From assembly GCA_964625065.1 (NCBI GenBank), contig CAZUZL010000002.1, forward strand, positions 58,067 through 122,066: a stretch of 64,000 bases of DNA. Reading direction: 5' to 3'. The stretch is from an uncultured Candidatus Saccharibacteria bacterium. Its GTDB lineage: Bacteria; Patescibacteriota; Minisyncoccia; Phycocordibacterales; UBA9973. Below, piece by piece: positions 39,696-49,713 of the stretch. Made by a program: the position numbers and the translations under genes. Below the pieces are notes generated by a model. It worked only from the letters and a program-made list of their open reading frames with translations. It ran no database searches and had not been told where the DNA came from. The stretch's first letter is position 1. Every line of letters begins with the position of its first letter.

Positions 39696-39800
39696 CTATA
39701 TTTTTTTTGTCTTTTTTGCAGCTTTTTTAACAGCCTTTTTTGCTGATTTTTTTACTGCTTTCTTTGCAGTCTTTTTAACTGCTTTCTTTTTTGTTGCCAT
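39696..39800 (-). CDS. 34-aa Lys/Ala-rich histone H1-tail-like peptide
   Basis: MATKKKAVKKTAKKAVKKSAKKAVKKAAKKTKKI*, with synonymous variation among repeats and a terminator-like hairpin at ~39646-39683. Confidence 0.75.
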   Translation of the reverse strand: MATKKKAVKKTAKKAVKKSAKKAVKKAAKKTKKI

Positions 39801-40261
39801 AAAAATTAATTTGTGTGTGTATTTTTATTGATAAGCATAATGCACGACCTTTCATAATTAAATGAGATTTGCATTACTGCTACATTCATTATCGCAAACA
39901 TTATTATCACTCGCAAATATTTTTACACAAAAACTGTGGATAACTCACACAAAAAATATTTTTTAATTTTAAAAAAAATATTTTATTAAAATAATAATGT
40001 AAAGTAAACTATACACGATATAAAAATGTGTTTTTCTAGTTATATAATATAGCATTAGATTTACAAATTTTATAAAATTTATAAATTTCTAAAAATAAAA
40101 TATAAAAAACCAACAAATTTGTTGGTTTTTTATATTTTAAGAAAATTATACACTCAGTGCAGAAAACGGGGCAAACTCCACAAAGCCTATGTGAGTGCAA
40201 CCGTTTTCTGCACAAAATGTACAATGGGTTTATTATATAGCATATTTAGATTTAATCAACA

Positions 40262-40346
40262 AAAAACCACCCGAAGGTGGTTTTTTGCGGCTTTCAGGAA
40301 AATCAATTTAAAAATATCTTTTCCTGTTGTGGAGTTTATAACTCAC
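40262..40346 (-). ncRNA. Candidate small RNA (~85 nt)
   Basis: Promoter TTGACA(40375-80)...TGcTATACT(40353-58), two hairpins, terminator 40260-40287, no ATG in the transcript. Confidence 0.5.
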
Positions 40347-40383
40347 AAGACTAGTATAGCAAAACTGCAGGATTTGTCAAGTT

Positions 40384-43314
40384 TTATAAATTTTGTTTAT
40401 TGAATTTGTTTATAAACTTAATAGTTTTGGCATTCATTGTACCGTCTGCTTTTAGTTTGTTAGCCTTTTGGTAGTTTATAAGAGCTTTTTTAGTAGCTTT
40501 ACCAAAGTATTTGGTTTCGTACCCTACAGACCCCCACCCTACAGTAGATACTATAAACCCATTTTTATTTAAGAACTTTTGCAATTCCAATACTTCTACA
40601 TTTCTACTGCCTACACGTGTATTTTTTACAAACACAAATGCAGGTAATGGTGCTGAAGTTGTAACAGGAACTTCATTTTGGTTTTTAGGTTGTTCTGTGG
40701 TAGTTATTAATTTGTTTGGAGGTAATTCTGTTAATATACCACCAGCGCTGTTTGAGCTTGTTGTTGGTGTAGTTTCTACTTCAGCAACGGGTAATGTGAC
40801 TATGTAATAGTTTTTAAATGCATTAGGCGACACTGCTTCTGAAACAAATGCAACCTTAGAACCGTCAGGTGACAGTGTTGGATAAAAAGTGCCACCTTCT
40901 GTTGCTTGGCCAGTAAAAAATGTAGGTAATCTGATTATACTGTTATCTAGCATATTTTTAACATACACATCATACGCACCATTTGAACCTAAACTTCCCG
41001 CGTTTGAAGCAAAAGATATGTATTTACCATCTGCAGATATACTTGAGCCACTTACAGAACTATCAGTCTGTGTTCCGTCTGCCGCTACAGAAACAATTGT
41101 TGTAGTGCCGAGTTGCATGTCGCGAACAAATATATCCGGGATATTGTTTAGATCACCATTTACTAAATCTGAAGCGCTAGATTCAAATGTAATATATCGC
41201 CCATCTGGTGACATAATTGGGTAAATAGATTCACCATTAGCAGACGCGGTACCGGCTGAATTTATAGATACTAGTGTAGTAGTTCCTAGAAGCGTGTCGC
41301 GGATAAAAACATCAGATTGACTGTTTGTATCTATATCAGGCACAACATCGTCTATTGGTGCGTCGAAAGCAACATAACGACCATCTTCAGATATTACAGG
41401 GTTATACGATGAAGCTAATATTTCAGTGCCGTCGTTTTTTAATGATACACGCGTAGTTGTGTTTTCTTGTAAATCACGTACAAAAACGTCATATAAACCA
41501 TTTGTGTCCCCTGCGACCAGGTTTGTGGCAGAACTTGTAAATGCTACATAACGTCCATTTGCAGACATGTCTGCAATATATGAATAGTCGTCAGATTCTA
41601 CACCAGCAGTAGACAGTGACACACGTGTGGTTGTACCTAGTTGCATGTCGCGAACAAATACATCTCCTTTATTGTTTGTGTCCCCTGCGACCAGGTTTGT
41701 GGCATCAGAAAGAAATGCTACATACCGCCCGTCGGCAGACATAGAAGGCATATAAGAAATACTGTTACCCTGTACACCTGCAGTAGATACAGAAATACGT
41801 GTAGCTGTGTTTAGTTGTGTGTCGCGAACAAATATGTCAGAAATACCGTTAGTGTCATTATTGACTAAGTTTCCAGAATATGAACTGAATGCAACATACC
41901 TACCGTCTGTAGACATGTTGTTTCTATATTGAGAAAAATCGTCTGGTGAGGAACCAAAAGCAATTGAGGTATAAACATTCGATATATGTGTCGTTGTACC
42001 AGTTTGTGTGTCGTGTATAAACATGTCGTCACTGTCTGGAATAACATCGTTATCAAACAAGTTAGAAGCAACTGAACCAAAAGTTATATAGCGTCCATTT
42101 GGTGATATAGACGGAGTATACGAATCTGAATTGGCTTCTGCGCCACCAGTTACTACAGAAACTCGTGTTGTAGTGTTTAGTTGTGTGTCACGGACAAAAA
42201 CATCTGTAATAACACTGGTGTCGTCTGCAACTAGGTTACTTGCTGTTGATTGAAATGCTATATAGCGCCCATCAGCAGATATAGATGCATATGTAGAATC
42301 AAGGTTACCTTCTACGCCAGCAGTAGAAACAGACACACGAGTTGTTGTGCTAGTTAATGTGTCGCGCATAAACACATCTGTTTTTGCGTTTGTGTCACCC
42401 ACAACTAAATTTGAAGCATCAGAATGAAATACTACATACCGGCCATCTGCAGATATTATTGCAAAATTAGACTGGTTATTAGATTCAGTACCATCAGTTG
42501 CAACTGATACACGTGTTGTAGTGTTTAGTTGTGTGTCGCGCATAAAAATATCTGTATACCCGTTTGTATCGTCAGCAACCAGACCTGTACCTGATGATTC
42601 GAAACTAACATAACGGCCATCAGCAGATATACTGGCACCAACTGCGCCTTCTATTTCTTCATCACCGGCGGTGTTAACTGAAACACGTGATGTAGTGTTT
42701 AGAACAGTGTCGCGAACAAAAACATCAGGGTTACCATTAGTGTCGCCCACAACTAAGTTCGATGCGATTGACTCAAAAGCCACATACCGGCCATCGTCTG
42801 AAATAGACGGTGTCCTTGAGTCACCATTGGCTTCTGTGCCGTCTGCTGCAACTGACACGCGTTTAGTTGTACCTAGTTGGGTGTCGCGTACAAATATGTC
42901 CAAGTTACCTAAAGTGTCGCCGTCGACAAGGTTTGTAGCATACGAATAAAATGCAATGTAACGCCCGTCTGGTGTATAAGCCAAATCTAAAGAATCAGCA
43001 TTACCCATTTCACCAGCACTGTTTACAGAAACTATTTCAGTAGCACCAGTTGCATGGGTATATTTATATATTTGGTAATTATATGGACTAAGCGACGACA
43101 CGCCGTAGAACAATGCGTCGCCGTTATCTAGAACGCCTTTACCACCATCTGAGATTGCTGTTGTGTGCCGTATAGGTACAGTTGCGTCACCTATATCTAT
43201 TTGAACTATATCAGATGTTGCTGCAAATGACTGTGTACCTAAAAAAGGTAATACGCAAACCAAGTATATACCCAGCACTGACATAGTTATGTGTTGTAGT
43301 TTTTTCATATACAA
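40384..43314 (-). CDS. Secreted TolB/PD40 beta-propeller repeat protein with C-terminal peptidoglycan-binding domain
   Basis: More than ten ~55-aa repeats SISADGRYVAF.S.ASNLV.GDTN...DVFVRD, then VLELQKFLN...YFGKATKKALINYQ. Confidence 0.88.
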   Translation of the reverse strand: MYMKKLQHITMSVLGIYLVCVLPFLGTQSFAATSDIVQIDIGDATVPIRHTTAISDGGKGVLDNGDALFYGVSSLSPYNYQIYKYTHATGATEIVSVNSAGEMGNADSLDLAYTPDGRYIAFYSYATNLVDGDTLGNLDIFVRDTQLGTTKRVSVAADGTEANGDSRTPSISDDGRYVAFESIASNLVVGDTNGNPDVFVRDTVLNTTSRVSVNTAGDEEIEGAVGASISADGRYVSFESSGTGLVADDTNGYTDIFMRDTQLNTTTRVSVATDGTESNNQSNFAIISADGRYVVFHSDASNLVVGDTNAKTDVFMRDTLTSTTTRVSVSTAGVEGNLDSTYASISADGRYIAFQSTASNLVADDTSVITDVFVRDTQLNTTTRVSVVTGGAEANSDSYTPSISPNGRYITFGSVASNLFDNDVIPDSDDMFIHDTQTGTTTHISNVYTSIAFGSSPDDFSQYRNNMSTDGRYVAFSSYSGNLVNNDTNGISDIFVRDTQLNTATRISVSTAGVQGNSISYMPSMSADGRYVAFLSDATNLVAGDTNNKGDVFVRDMQLGTTTRVSLSTAGVESDDYSYIADMSANGRYVAFTSSATNLVAGDTNGLYDVFVRDLQENTTTRVSLKNDGTEILASSYNPVISEDGRYVAFDAPIDDVVPDIDTNSQSDVFIRDTLLGTTTLVSINSAGTASANGESIYPIMSPDGRYITFESSASDLVNGDLNNIPDIFVRDMQLGTTTIVSVAADGTQTDSSVSGSSISADGKYISFASNAGSLGSNGAYDVYVKNMLDNSIIRLPTFFTGQATEGGTFYPTLSPDGSKVAFVSEAVSPNAFKNYYIVTLPVAEVETTPTTSSNSAGGILTELPPNKLITTTEQPKNQNEVPVTTSAPLPAFVFVKNTRVGSRNVEVLELQKFLNKNGFIVSTVGWGSVGYETKYFGKATKKALINYQKANKLKADGTMNAKTIKFINKFNKQNL

Positions 43315-43390
43315 ATATTATACTACAAATTAAGACAAAATGTAGACTAGAAAAGAGTAAAAACCTTTCCGTTAGGAAAGGTTTTTACAT

Positions 43391-43720
43391 ATTCTGTGCT
43401 CGTAAGCCGAATTCTGTTCTAATGGTATTTATCTAGGAATAGTATTACTACTACCCTCAAGCGACTCTTTCCGACTTGCGTCGGAACACGGTCTTGCACA
43501 CGAGTAAGGATTTAGCCGTTTCACCCCTGAAGTTACCATCAGGGCTCACCCACCGATTGCTCGTCGGGTGTCTTTTCCTTTCGGAAAAAGACGTCTCTGC
43601 TCGCACCTCTTAGTTTGTACTAGATGGGTGTTACCCACTACTTGTACTAATTAAATAGTTATGTGTTCGGACTTTCCTCACCCAAACTTACGTTTAGGCG
43701 TAACCACTTCGGCACAGAAC
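43391..43720 (-). ncRNA. rnpB: RNase P RNA
   Basis: GAGGAAAGTCCGAAC and AACAGAATTCGGCTTA universal motifs, P1 TTCTGTGC/GCACAGAA. Confidence 0.93.
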
Positions 43721-43748
43721 TTTGTTAGTATAGCACAGTACAACACAC

Positions 43749-43776
43749 TTGACAATAGTAAATAAAGGTGTATAAT
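43749..43776 (+). promoter_or_regulatory. Consensus sigma70 promoter
   Basis: TTGACA-16nt-TATAAT upstream of the 43806 ORF. Confidence 0.65.
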
Positions 43777-43805
43777 TTAGTTAACTTAATAACATAGTTT
43801 TTATT

Positions 43806-44093
43806 ATGATAAATATAGCAAATATGGATGAAGCCCGTAAAAATAATATGCTTCAATTGTCTTTACAGATTTTAGGAATAATGATGGTAGAACTCCATTG
43901 GACACCTATTAAAGCAATAGATTATGTTCTAGAAGTATACCAGGACCCGAAGGAGGGAATTATAAACCCCTACCCGATTGAGGAGATCAGGAATTTTTTA
44001 TACATAATTGTAAATGAAAACCCTGAAATAGGTGGCCCAGTTAACGGGGAAAGAAAAGACGTACCAGGACTACTTGAGGTTTTAGAATCTTAA
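43806..44093 (+). CDS. Hypothetical protein
   Basis: 95-aa ORF with a promoter and a terminator at ~44116-44149. Confidence 0.6.
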   Translation: MINIANMDEARKNNMLQLSLQILGIMMVELHWTPIKAIDYVLEVYQDPKEGIINPYPIEEIRNFLYIIVNENPEIGGPVNGERKDVPGLLEVLES

Positions 44094-44186
44094 AGTTTAC
44101 TCGCCCAACCATTGTAAAAACGATGAGCTTACTCAAGCCCATCGTTTTTTTGTTTTTAATCTGTCACCTATAAACTGTAACCTGGT

Positions 44187-46505
44187 TTAGATTTCACAAA
44201 CTCCACCTACACATGCCAATTCCTTTTTCACTTCTGTTTCGTCTGTAACTTCGTATGTCATTATTTTTGAGAAGTCGATGTTTGCAACAGTGCCCTTTAG
44301 TTCATTATAACGTTGTTCGGTTATGGCTTCGTATGGGGCTAGTTGGTAAATGTGGTTTGAACGTGGTAGGAATGAAAGTCCGCCAACTATGTCCCAGTTT
44401 TTGTAAACCCAACTTGCTACTTCTATCCATTCGTCGTCGCCTACTGAAACTGTTACTGAAGGGTTATGTTCAGTGTAGTTTACTTTTACAACTTTCCAGT
44501 GTTCTAGTTGGTCGATGGCGTTTATGTCGTCTTTGAACACACCACCCTTTGGTGCCTTAACTGGGAATTCTAGAACGAAAGTATGCGCTGTGTCGTAAGT
44601 TTGTCCAACTTCTGGGAAGTGTGGCACACCTTGGTCTTTCAACATTTTAAACAATGCGTCGTTAGCTGATATACGAACACGGCGTATGTAGTACTGACTG
44701 TGGCGTGGGTGCATACCAGAAGACGAGTCTACTGTTTGAGAAAGGTTACCTGAAGGCTTAACACATGTTATACATGTAGATTCAGATACACCAAGGCGCT
44801 TAGCATATAGTTTGTTTATGCGTATTGTTTCAGCGCGTAGTTTTGCTAGCACTTTTGGTGCACGAGCAACCTTACTGTCCCATTGGCCAGTTATAGATAC
44901 ACCTAGCAAACGCTCCTTTTCACAGTTTTCTTTCCATTCTTTTGAAAGGTAGCCGAATTTTGTTAATGAAGACTGGTATGTACCTAGTATAGTTGCGATG
45001 CGGATTTTCTTCATCAATGTTGCCTCGGTGTCCTCTGCGCGGGCTACAACTTCAGATAGGTTGCAGAACTGTTTTGAACGAAGAATAATTTCGCCACATG
45101 GGTTTGTACCGATAGAACCAACAACATGGTTTGCTGCATCTATGTAGCCATCTTTTTTAAGTAGTTCTACACGGCGTTTTGGTAGTTGGTCTGGTAAACC
45201 ACCGCGGTTAAATATGCCACGTTCGCCTGAACCAGACTTCATCAACGCTACCCATTCGTCCATGAATTCTTCGGTACTTGGTTTGTTGTTGTAAACTGCC
45301 GAGTTATTAGCCAACATACGTTGTCCGTCTGTGTTCCAGAACTGACCTTTTTTAGCGTCACGCATTGCGTCGTCGTCTAGATCAGAAAGTGATATTAGCG
45401 CACTGCGACGTACACCACCTGAGACTACAACTTCGCCTATTTTACATATTATGTCGTGTGCGTCTATGTTAGTTAGACGGCGGCCTTGGCGGTGTAGAAC
45501 CTTGGCACGAGTAAAATCAAGCAGGTCTACCAGTGGTTGTGGGCCAGAAGACTTGCCCCCCATAGTAGCTAAACGCGCACCAGACGGACGTAGTTGTGAA
45601 AAGTTAAACTTGATGTCGTTACCGTCGAACCAAGTTTGCATACCTACAGCAAATGCGTCTGCCCAACCTTCTTTTGAATCTGCCACTGTATATGTAGGCA
45701 ACATTTTACCTGTTTGGTAGGCTATCTGTGGCAGTGCCTGAATGTTTTGACTTTCTATAGAAAAACCAACGCCAGTACCACACATAGATATGTATATTAT
45801 TTCAGCAAAATCCTGAATAGATTTTGGCGCAGTAAACGAACAGTTATATGCACATACATTTGTTGCACGTGCTGGTTTGCCAGCAAACTGCATTAGACGC
45901 ATAGAAGGCATGGCTTCTTGGTTTAGAATAGATTCACGTATTTCTTCGTATTCTTTTTTGTTTAATGCGTCACCTATGTTTTCACGCATAAAGTCCATGT
46001 AACGGTCGACTGTTTCTATCCAACATTCGCGGCGACCTTCTTCTTCGATCCAACGTGCATATGTACGGTAGTAAACAAGTTCAGCAAGCTTGTTTTTGAA
46101 ATATTTTGAAGATTCTTCAGCTTTTTTCTTAAAATCCTTGGTAACCACTACACCTTCTTCGCGAAGTTCACTACGGCGACTGCGGAACAATATGTACGAC
46201 TTGGCAGTTTCCAGAAAACCAGCACGCATAAGTTCAGCTTCTACTATGTCTTGGGCCATTTCAACAGAAGGTATAAATTTGCCTTTTTTGTTTTCTTTTT
46301 GCAAAGCAAGTAAACCCTTAAACACAGCATGAGCTATAGCAACTGCTTCGTCTTCGCCAGCGTTTTTTTCTTTTGTGTCTAAGAAAGCTTTGTATACTGC
46401 ATTAGTAATGCGGTGTACATCAAAAGCTATTACTTCGCCTAGGCGGTTACGAAACTGTTTTATTTTTGCTAGTTCTGCTTTCGAGAAACTTACTTTTTTG
46501 GTCAT
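44187..46505 (-). CDS. nrdJ: Class II (adenosylcobalamin-dependent) ribonucleotide reductase with ATP-cone
   Basis: ATP-cone, MPSMR, YNC, GGVRRSA, GTNPCGEI, TCVKPSG, C-terminal CVGGVCEI. Confidence 0.92.
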   Translation of the reverse strand: MTKKVSFSKAELAKIKQFRNRLGEVIAFDVHRITNAVYKAFLDTKEKNAGEDEAVAIAHAVFKGLLALQKENKKGKFIPSVEMAQDIVEAELMRAGFLETAKSYILFRSRRSELREEGVVVTKDFKKKAEESSKYFKNKLAELVYYRTYARWIEEEGRRECWIETVDRYMDFMRENIGDALNKKEYEEIRESILNQEAMPSMRLMQFAGKPARATNVCAYNCSFTAPKSIQDFAEIIYISMCGTGVGFSIESQNIQALPQIAYQTGKMLPTYTVADSKEGWADAFAVGMQTWFDGNDIKFNFSQLRPSGARLATMGGKSSGPQPLVDLLDFTRAKVLHRQGRRLTNIDAHDIICKIGEVVVSGGVRRSALISLSDLDDDAMRDAKKGQFWNTDGQRMLANNSAVYNNKPSTEEFMDEWVALMKSGSGERGIFNRGGLPDQLPKRRVELLKKDGYIDAANHVVGSIGTNPCGEIILRSKQFCNLSEVVARAEDTEATLMKKIRIATILGTYQSSLTKFGYLSKEWKENCEKERLLGVSITGQWDSKVARAPKVLAKLRAETIRINKLYAKRLGVSESTCITCVKPSGNLSQTVDSSSGMHPRHSQYYIRRVRISANDALFKMLKDQGVPHFPEVGQTYDTAHTFVLEFPVKAPKGGVFKDDINAIDQLEHWKVVKVNYTEHNPSVTVSVGDDEWIEVASWVYKNWDIVGGLSFLPRSNHIYQLAPYEAITEQRYNELKGTVANIDFSKIMTYEVTDETEVKKELACVGGVCEI

Positions 46506-46668
46506 AGGTATTTTGTTGATAATTGCTAATAAATTTTTGTCTAACCATTGTACCGTGTTTCGTTTAAAAATTTAAGCATATGCAACGTTTTTACAGCCAA
46601 AAAAGACCATAACAAACCAATTTGGCCCTGATGTAAAGCAAAACGGAAAAATGTTTTTATATAGTTAG

Positions 46669-47181
46669 CTATTTTTTGCCAAGGTATACTATGTCCCCGA
46701 CTTTTATGTTTTGTTTTAGTATTTCACCTGCTGTAACCTCGATTACGGCGTTGGCAATATTGACATTTGTAAAAGTTTTTGGGTACGTTTCTGGTTGTAC
46801 GTTTTGTTCTGTGTATACAACACTGCCTACGCCGTCTGAGCTAACGTTTACCCATATTATGTCTATTGCATAGCGCATGTCTTTCATCCAGAAACCGTAT
46901 TTACCGGGTGTATCAAAAACAAAAAGCATTCCAGTTTGTGGTTCTAGTTTTTTAGTTCCTGACAAACCTTGTTCACGGCGTTCTACTGTGTCTGCAACTG
47001 ACACATTGTATGTAGTACTGCCCACTAAAATGCGTTTTTGTTGTAATGGTGCATTGTCGTAAACTACTGCTCGTGGTTCTTCTTTACTATATATAACAAA
47101 ACCAATACCAACCATGCATACAACAGCAATTATGCCAGATATTATTTTGTTTTTTATTTTTTTATTTTTGAACTTTTTCAT
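46669..47181 (-). CDS. DUF192-family protein
   Basis: VADT..RREQGLS, GMLFVF, FWMKDM..AIDIIW. Confidence 0.88.
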   Translation of the reverse strand: MKKFKNKKIKNKIISGIIAVVCMVGIGFVIYSKEEPRAVVYDNAPLQQKRILVGSTTYNVSVADTVERREQGLSGTKKLEPQTGMLFVFDTPGKYGFWMKDMRYAIDIIWVNVSSDGVGSVVYTEQNVQPETYPKTFTNVNIANAVIEVTAGEILKQNIKVGDIVYLGKK

Positions 47182-47264
47182 ATAGATTTATTATTATAGT
47201 ATTATAGCAAATAAAAAAACCAAGCCATAATATGTACTTGGTCTTTTGTAAGGATTACAATTTT

Positions 47265-47804
47265 TTATTCCGGAAAATTAATTGGAATTCTAAGATAATC
47301 AAACAAATCTTTTGCTTCATCCATTGTCATTACTTTTGACCATGATAAAGAAAGGTGCTGTGAATCGCTATTGTTTATAGCACAATCAATAATGGCCTGT
47401 TCAATGTCTTTCCATGTTGGTTTTTCCAAAGCCCATTTTGATGCCAAAGGTTCACTTTTTAACAAATGATTCTTAAGAAAAAATTTCTTAGCAGCTTTTT
47501 TAACAACCTCAAAGGACTTCAACTTGTCTTCCTTTTTTGTAAAATTATGCGTTGCATCAAGTATTACGTACACACGTTTTTTAGAGTGGTAATAGATGTG
47601 AATCTGATAAGCGTCATCATCACTACCTTTTTCACCACTCCACCTTTCACCATTATACTGACCAGGGAATATCGAACACATAAGATTTATTTCCCCGCCT
47701 GATTCTTCTTCTGTAAACTGTCCGGGAGTTCTAGAAAAATCATTTTCAAACATTTTACAAGGATTAGTATCCTTTGTTTCATCGGAACTGTAACTATTAT
47801 TCAT
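47265..47804 (-). CDS. Hypothetical protein
   Basis: 179-aa ORF with an upstream TTGACA promoter. Confidence 0.7.
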   Translation of the reverse strand: MNNSYSSDETKDTNPCKMFENDFSRTPGQFTEEESGGEINLMCSIFPGQYNGERWSGEKGSDDDAYQIHIYYHSKKRVYVILDATHNFTKKEDKLKSFEVVKKAAKKFFLKNHLLKSEPLASKWALEKPTWKDIEQAIIDCAINNSDSQHLSLSWSKVMTMDEAKDLFDYLRIPINFPE

Positions 47805-47936
47805 GGTATATTTAATTTAATTGTTTTAAAGAGCCACTTCTTTATATCATGTATAAATATTATTGTCAAGAATTTTTAGCACCCTTATTAACTACGATAA
47901 AAACCCTTACATATGTAAGGGTTTTGTTTTATATAT

Positions 47937-49556
47937 TTACTTCTTAGTTGCAAAGTAATGTCTAGATAGTACGATCAGTAGTAACAACATGAACGTTAGT
48001 AGCAACCAACCGAACAATGATGTTGGGAAAAACCCAGTACCGAAACCAAACAATGCAGCAGCACCCTGGCCGTTACCGTAACCAAAAGGGTCGGCAGCTT
48101 TGTCTAGTATGGTACTGTTACCTTTTACTGAACCAGTTTGAACTTTGGTAGAACCACTAGTAGATGCAGTGTTCAAAGTTTTAACATAGTTAGTGTCGCC
48201 ACGAGACACAGTAGACTGGTCCATAGCAACTGCACGGTAGTAGTATGTAGTGCCAGGTTTAAGACCGGTTATGTTTGCAGAAAAAACATACGAATTGTTT
48301 ATAGCCACATACTGTTGTGCTGTAGTTTGGCCTAATGCTGTAGTTGGACCGTATTCGAACCAAACGCGTGCGTTAGTTGCAGTACCATAAACTATACCAC
48401 TGACAACAATACTTTTTGTTGTAGCAGATTTAGCTAATATAGTAGTTGCACTGATGTGGTTTGTGTTTGAACCACCACCACCGTTACCGCCACCGCCGTT
48501 TCCACCACCACCATTGCCACCGCCGCCGTTACCGCCGTTGTACGCTAATGTGTCAAAGAATAAAATGTTTCCGGCATATACTGTACCTACACTGTTTGTT
48601 GCAACAGCACGGTAATAGTATCTAGTAGATGGAAACAAACTAGAAGCAAAATGTATACAGTTACCACCAGTACCTAGTACTTGACTTGTTGTACGGTATG
48701 GCATGGCACTGTTTTCGCCATATTCAAAATACACGTTTACAGTAGAGTCGCTACCAGTTGTATATGCACAAGAAATATTTGCACTATTAAAAGTAATATT
48801 AGAAGCTGAGCTATTATATACAGTTGGCAACACGTTTGAACCGCCACCGCCTCCTCCACCGCCACCGCCACCGCCATTTGTAGGTGATGTGGTAAATTGA
48901 CCTATAGTTACAGCAGTAGTTGTACCAACGGTGTTTGTTGCAACAGCACGGTAGTAGTATTTAGTACTTGGGTTTAAACCAGTAACGTATGAGGTACATG
49001 TTGCACCTGTTGTAAGTGTTTGTGGATTTGTTTTAGTTGCTAGTGTTGTAACAGATGTGCCGTATTCAAAATACACAGAGGCAGTGTTGTCGCTACCTGT
49101 GTTTATAGCACATGTAAGGTTAACACTATTTGCAGATGGGTTTACTGCACCGGTAGTCATAACTGATGGTTTTGCACTAACTGTTATGTCTGTTACCAAA
49201 GTTGCGGTAGAACCAGTTGGAAACAACCCATGGCCTTCGCCTAATATACGATAGTAATAACGTTTACCTGAAGTTAGTCCAGTTATAGTTTTACTGTATG
49301 ACAAATTTACGCCAGTTACGGCTTCGTGTGGTGTGTCTGTAGAACCAATAAAAGCACCGTTGTCTGCATATTCAAACCAAACGTTCATAACAGAACCGTC
49401 TGTGTTGTATGTACCGTTCAGAGTTGCAGTAGTTGCAGTTGCCGTATACGAACCGGTTTGCATATATGGCGCAGCCATAGCCTGACTGGCACCGAACATA
49501 GCAAAAGCCGCACAAAATGCGAAAACAAAGCTAAATTTTTGGATTGTATTTTTCAT
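47937..49556 (-). CDS. Surface protein with four FnIII-like domains, poly-Gly linkers and C-terminal TM anchor
   Basis: Repeated VxFEYG...GLxPxTxYYYRAVA, GGGGGG/NGGGG linkers, AAALFG...FPTSLFGWLLL anchor. Confidence 0.85.
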   Translation of the reverse strand: MKNTIQKFSFVFAFCAAFAMFGASQAMAAPYMQTGSYTATATTATLNGTYNTDGSVMNVWFEYADNGAFIGSTDTPHEAVTGVNLSYSKTITGLTSGKRYYYRILGEGHGLFPTGSTATLVTDITVSAKPSVMTTGAVNPSANSVNLTCAINTGSDNTASVYFEYGTSVTTLATKTNPQTLTTGATCTSYVTGLNPSTKYYYRAVATNTVGTTTAVTIGQFTTSPTNGGGGGGGGGGGGSNVLPTVYNSSASNITFNSANISCAYTTGSDSTVNVYFEYGENSAMPYRTTSQVLGTGGNCIHFASSLFPSTRYYYRAVATNSVGTVYAGNILFFDTLAYNGGNGGGGNGGGGNGGGGNGGGGSNTNHISATTILAKSATTKSIVVSGIVYGTATNARVWFEYGPTTALGQTTAQQYVAINNSYVFSANITGLKPGTTYYYRAVAMDQSTVSRGDTNYVKTLNTASTSGSTKVQTGSVKGNSTILDKAADPFGYGNGQGAAALFGFGTGFFPTSLFGWLLLTFMLLLLIVLSRHYFATKK

Positions 49557-49713
49557 ATGTATATTATATCGTATTTATAAGGATATTTTAGCATTATAGC
49601 AAATTTATATGTTTTGTCAAGTTTAGGCTTGACTTTTAAGGCTAAATCTGCTATACTACAGATAGAAAATTCAATTAAATTTCACAAGTTTTTTTCAAAA
49701 TAATAAATCAAAT

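Noticed and set aside
39935-40140. oriC candidate (TTATCCACA box at 39935-39943 plus a very AT-rich tract)
   Set aside because: Only one perfect DnaA box, no dnaA/dnaN nearby, and no switch in gene orientation.
40157-40213. c-di-GMP-I riboswitch (GGCAAAC...CAAAGCC)
   Set aside because: The GNRA-capped P2 and the P3 receptor are absent, and there is no downstream gene on that strand.
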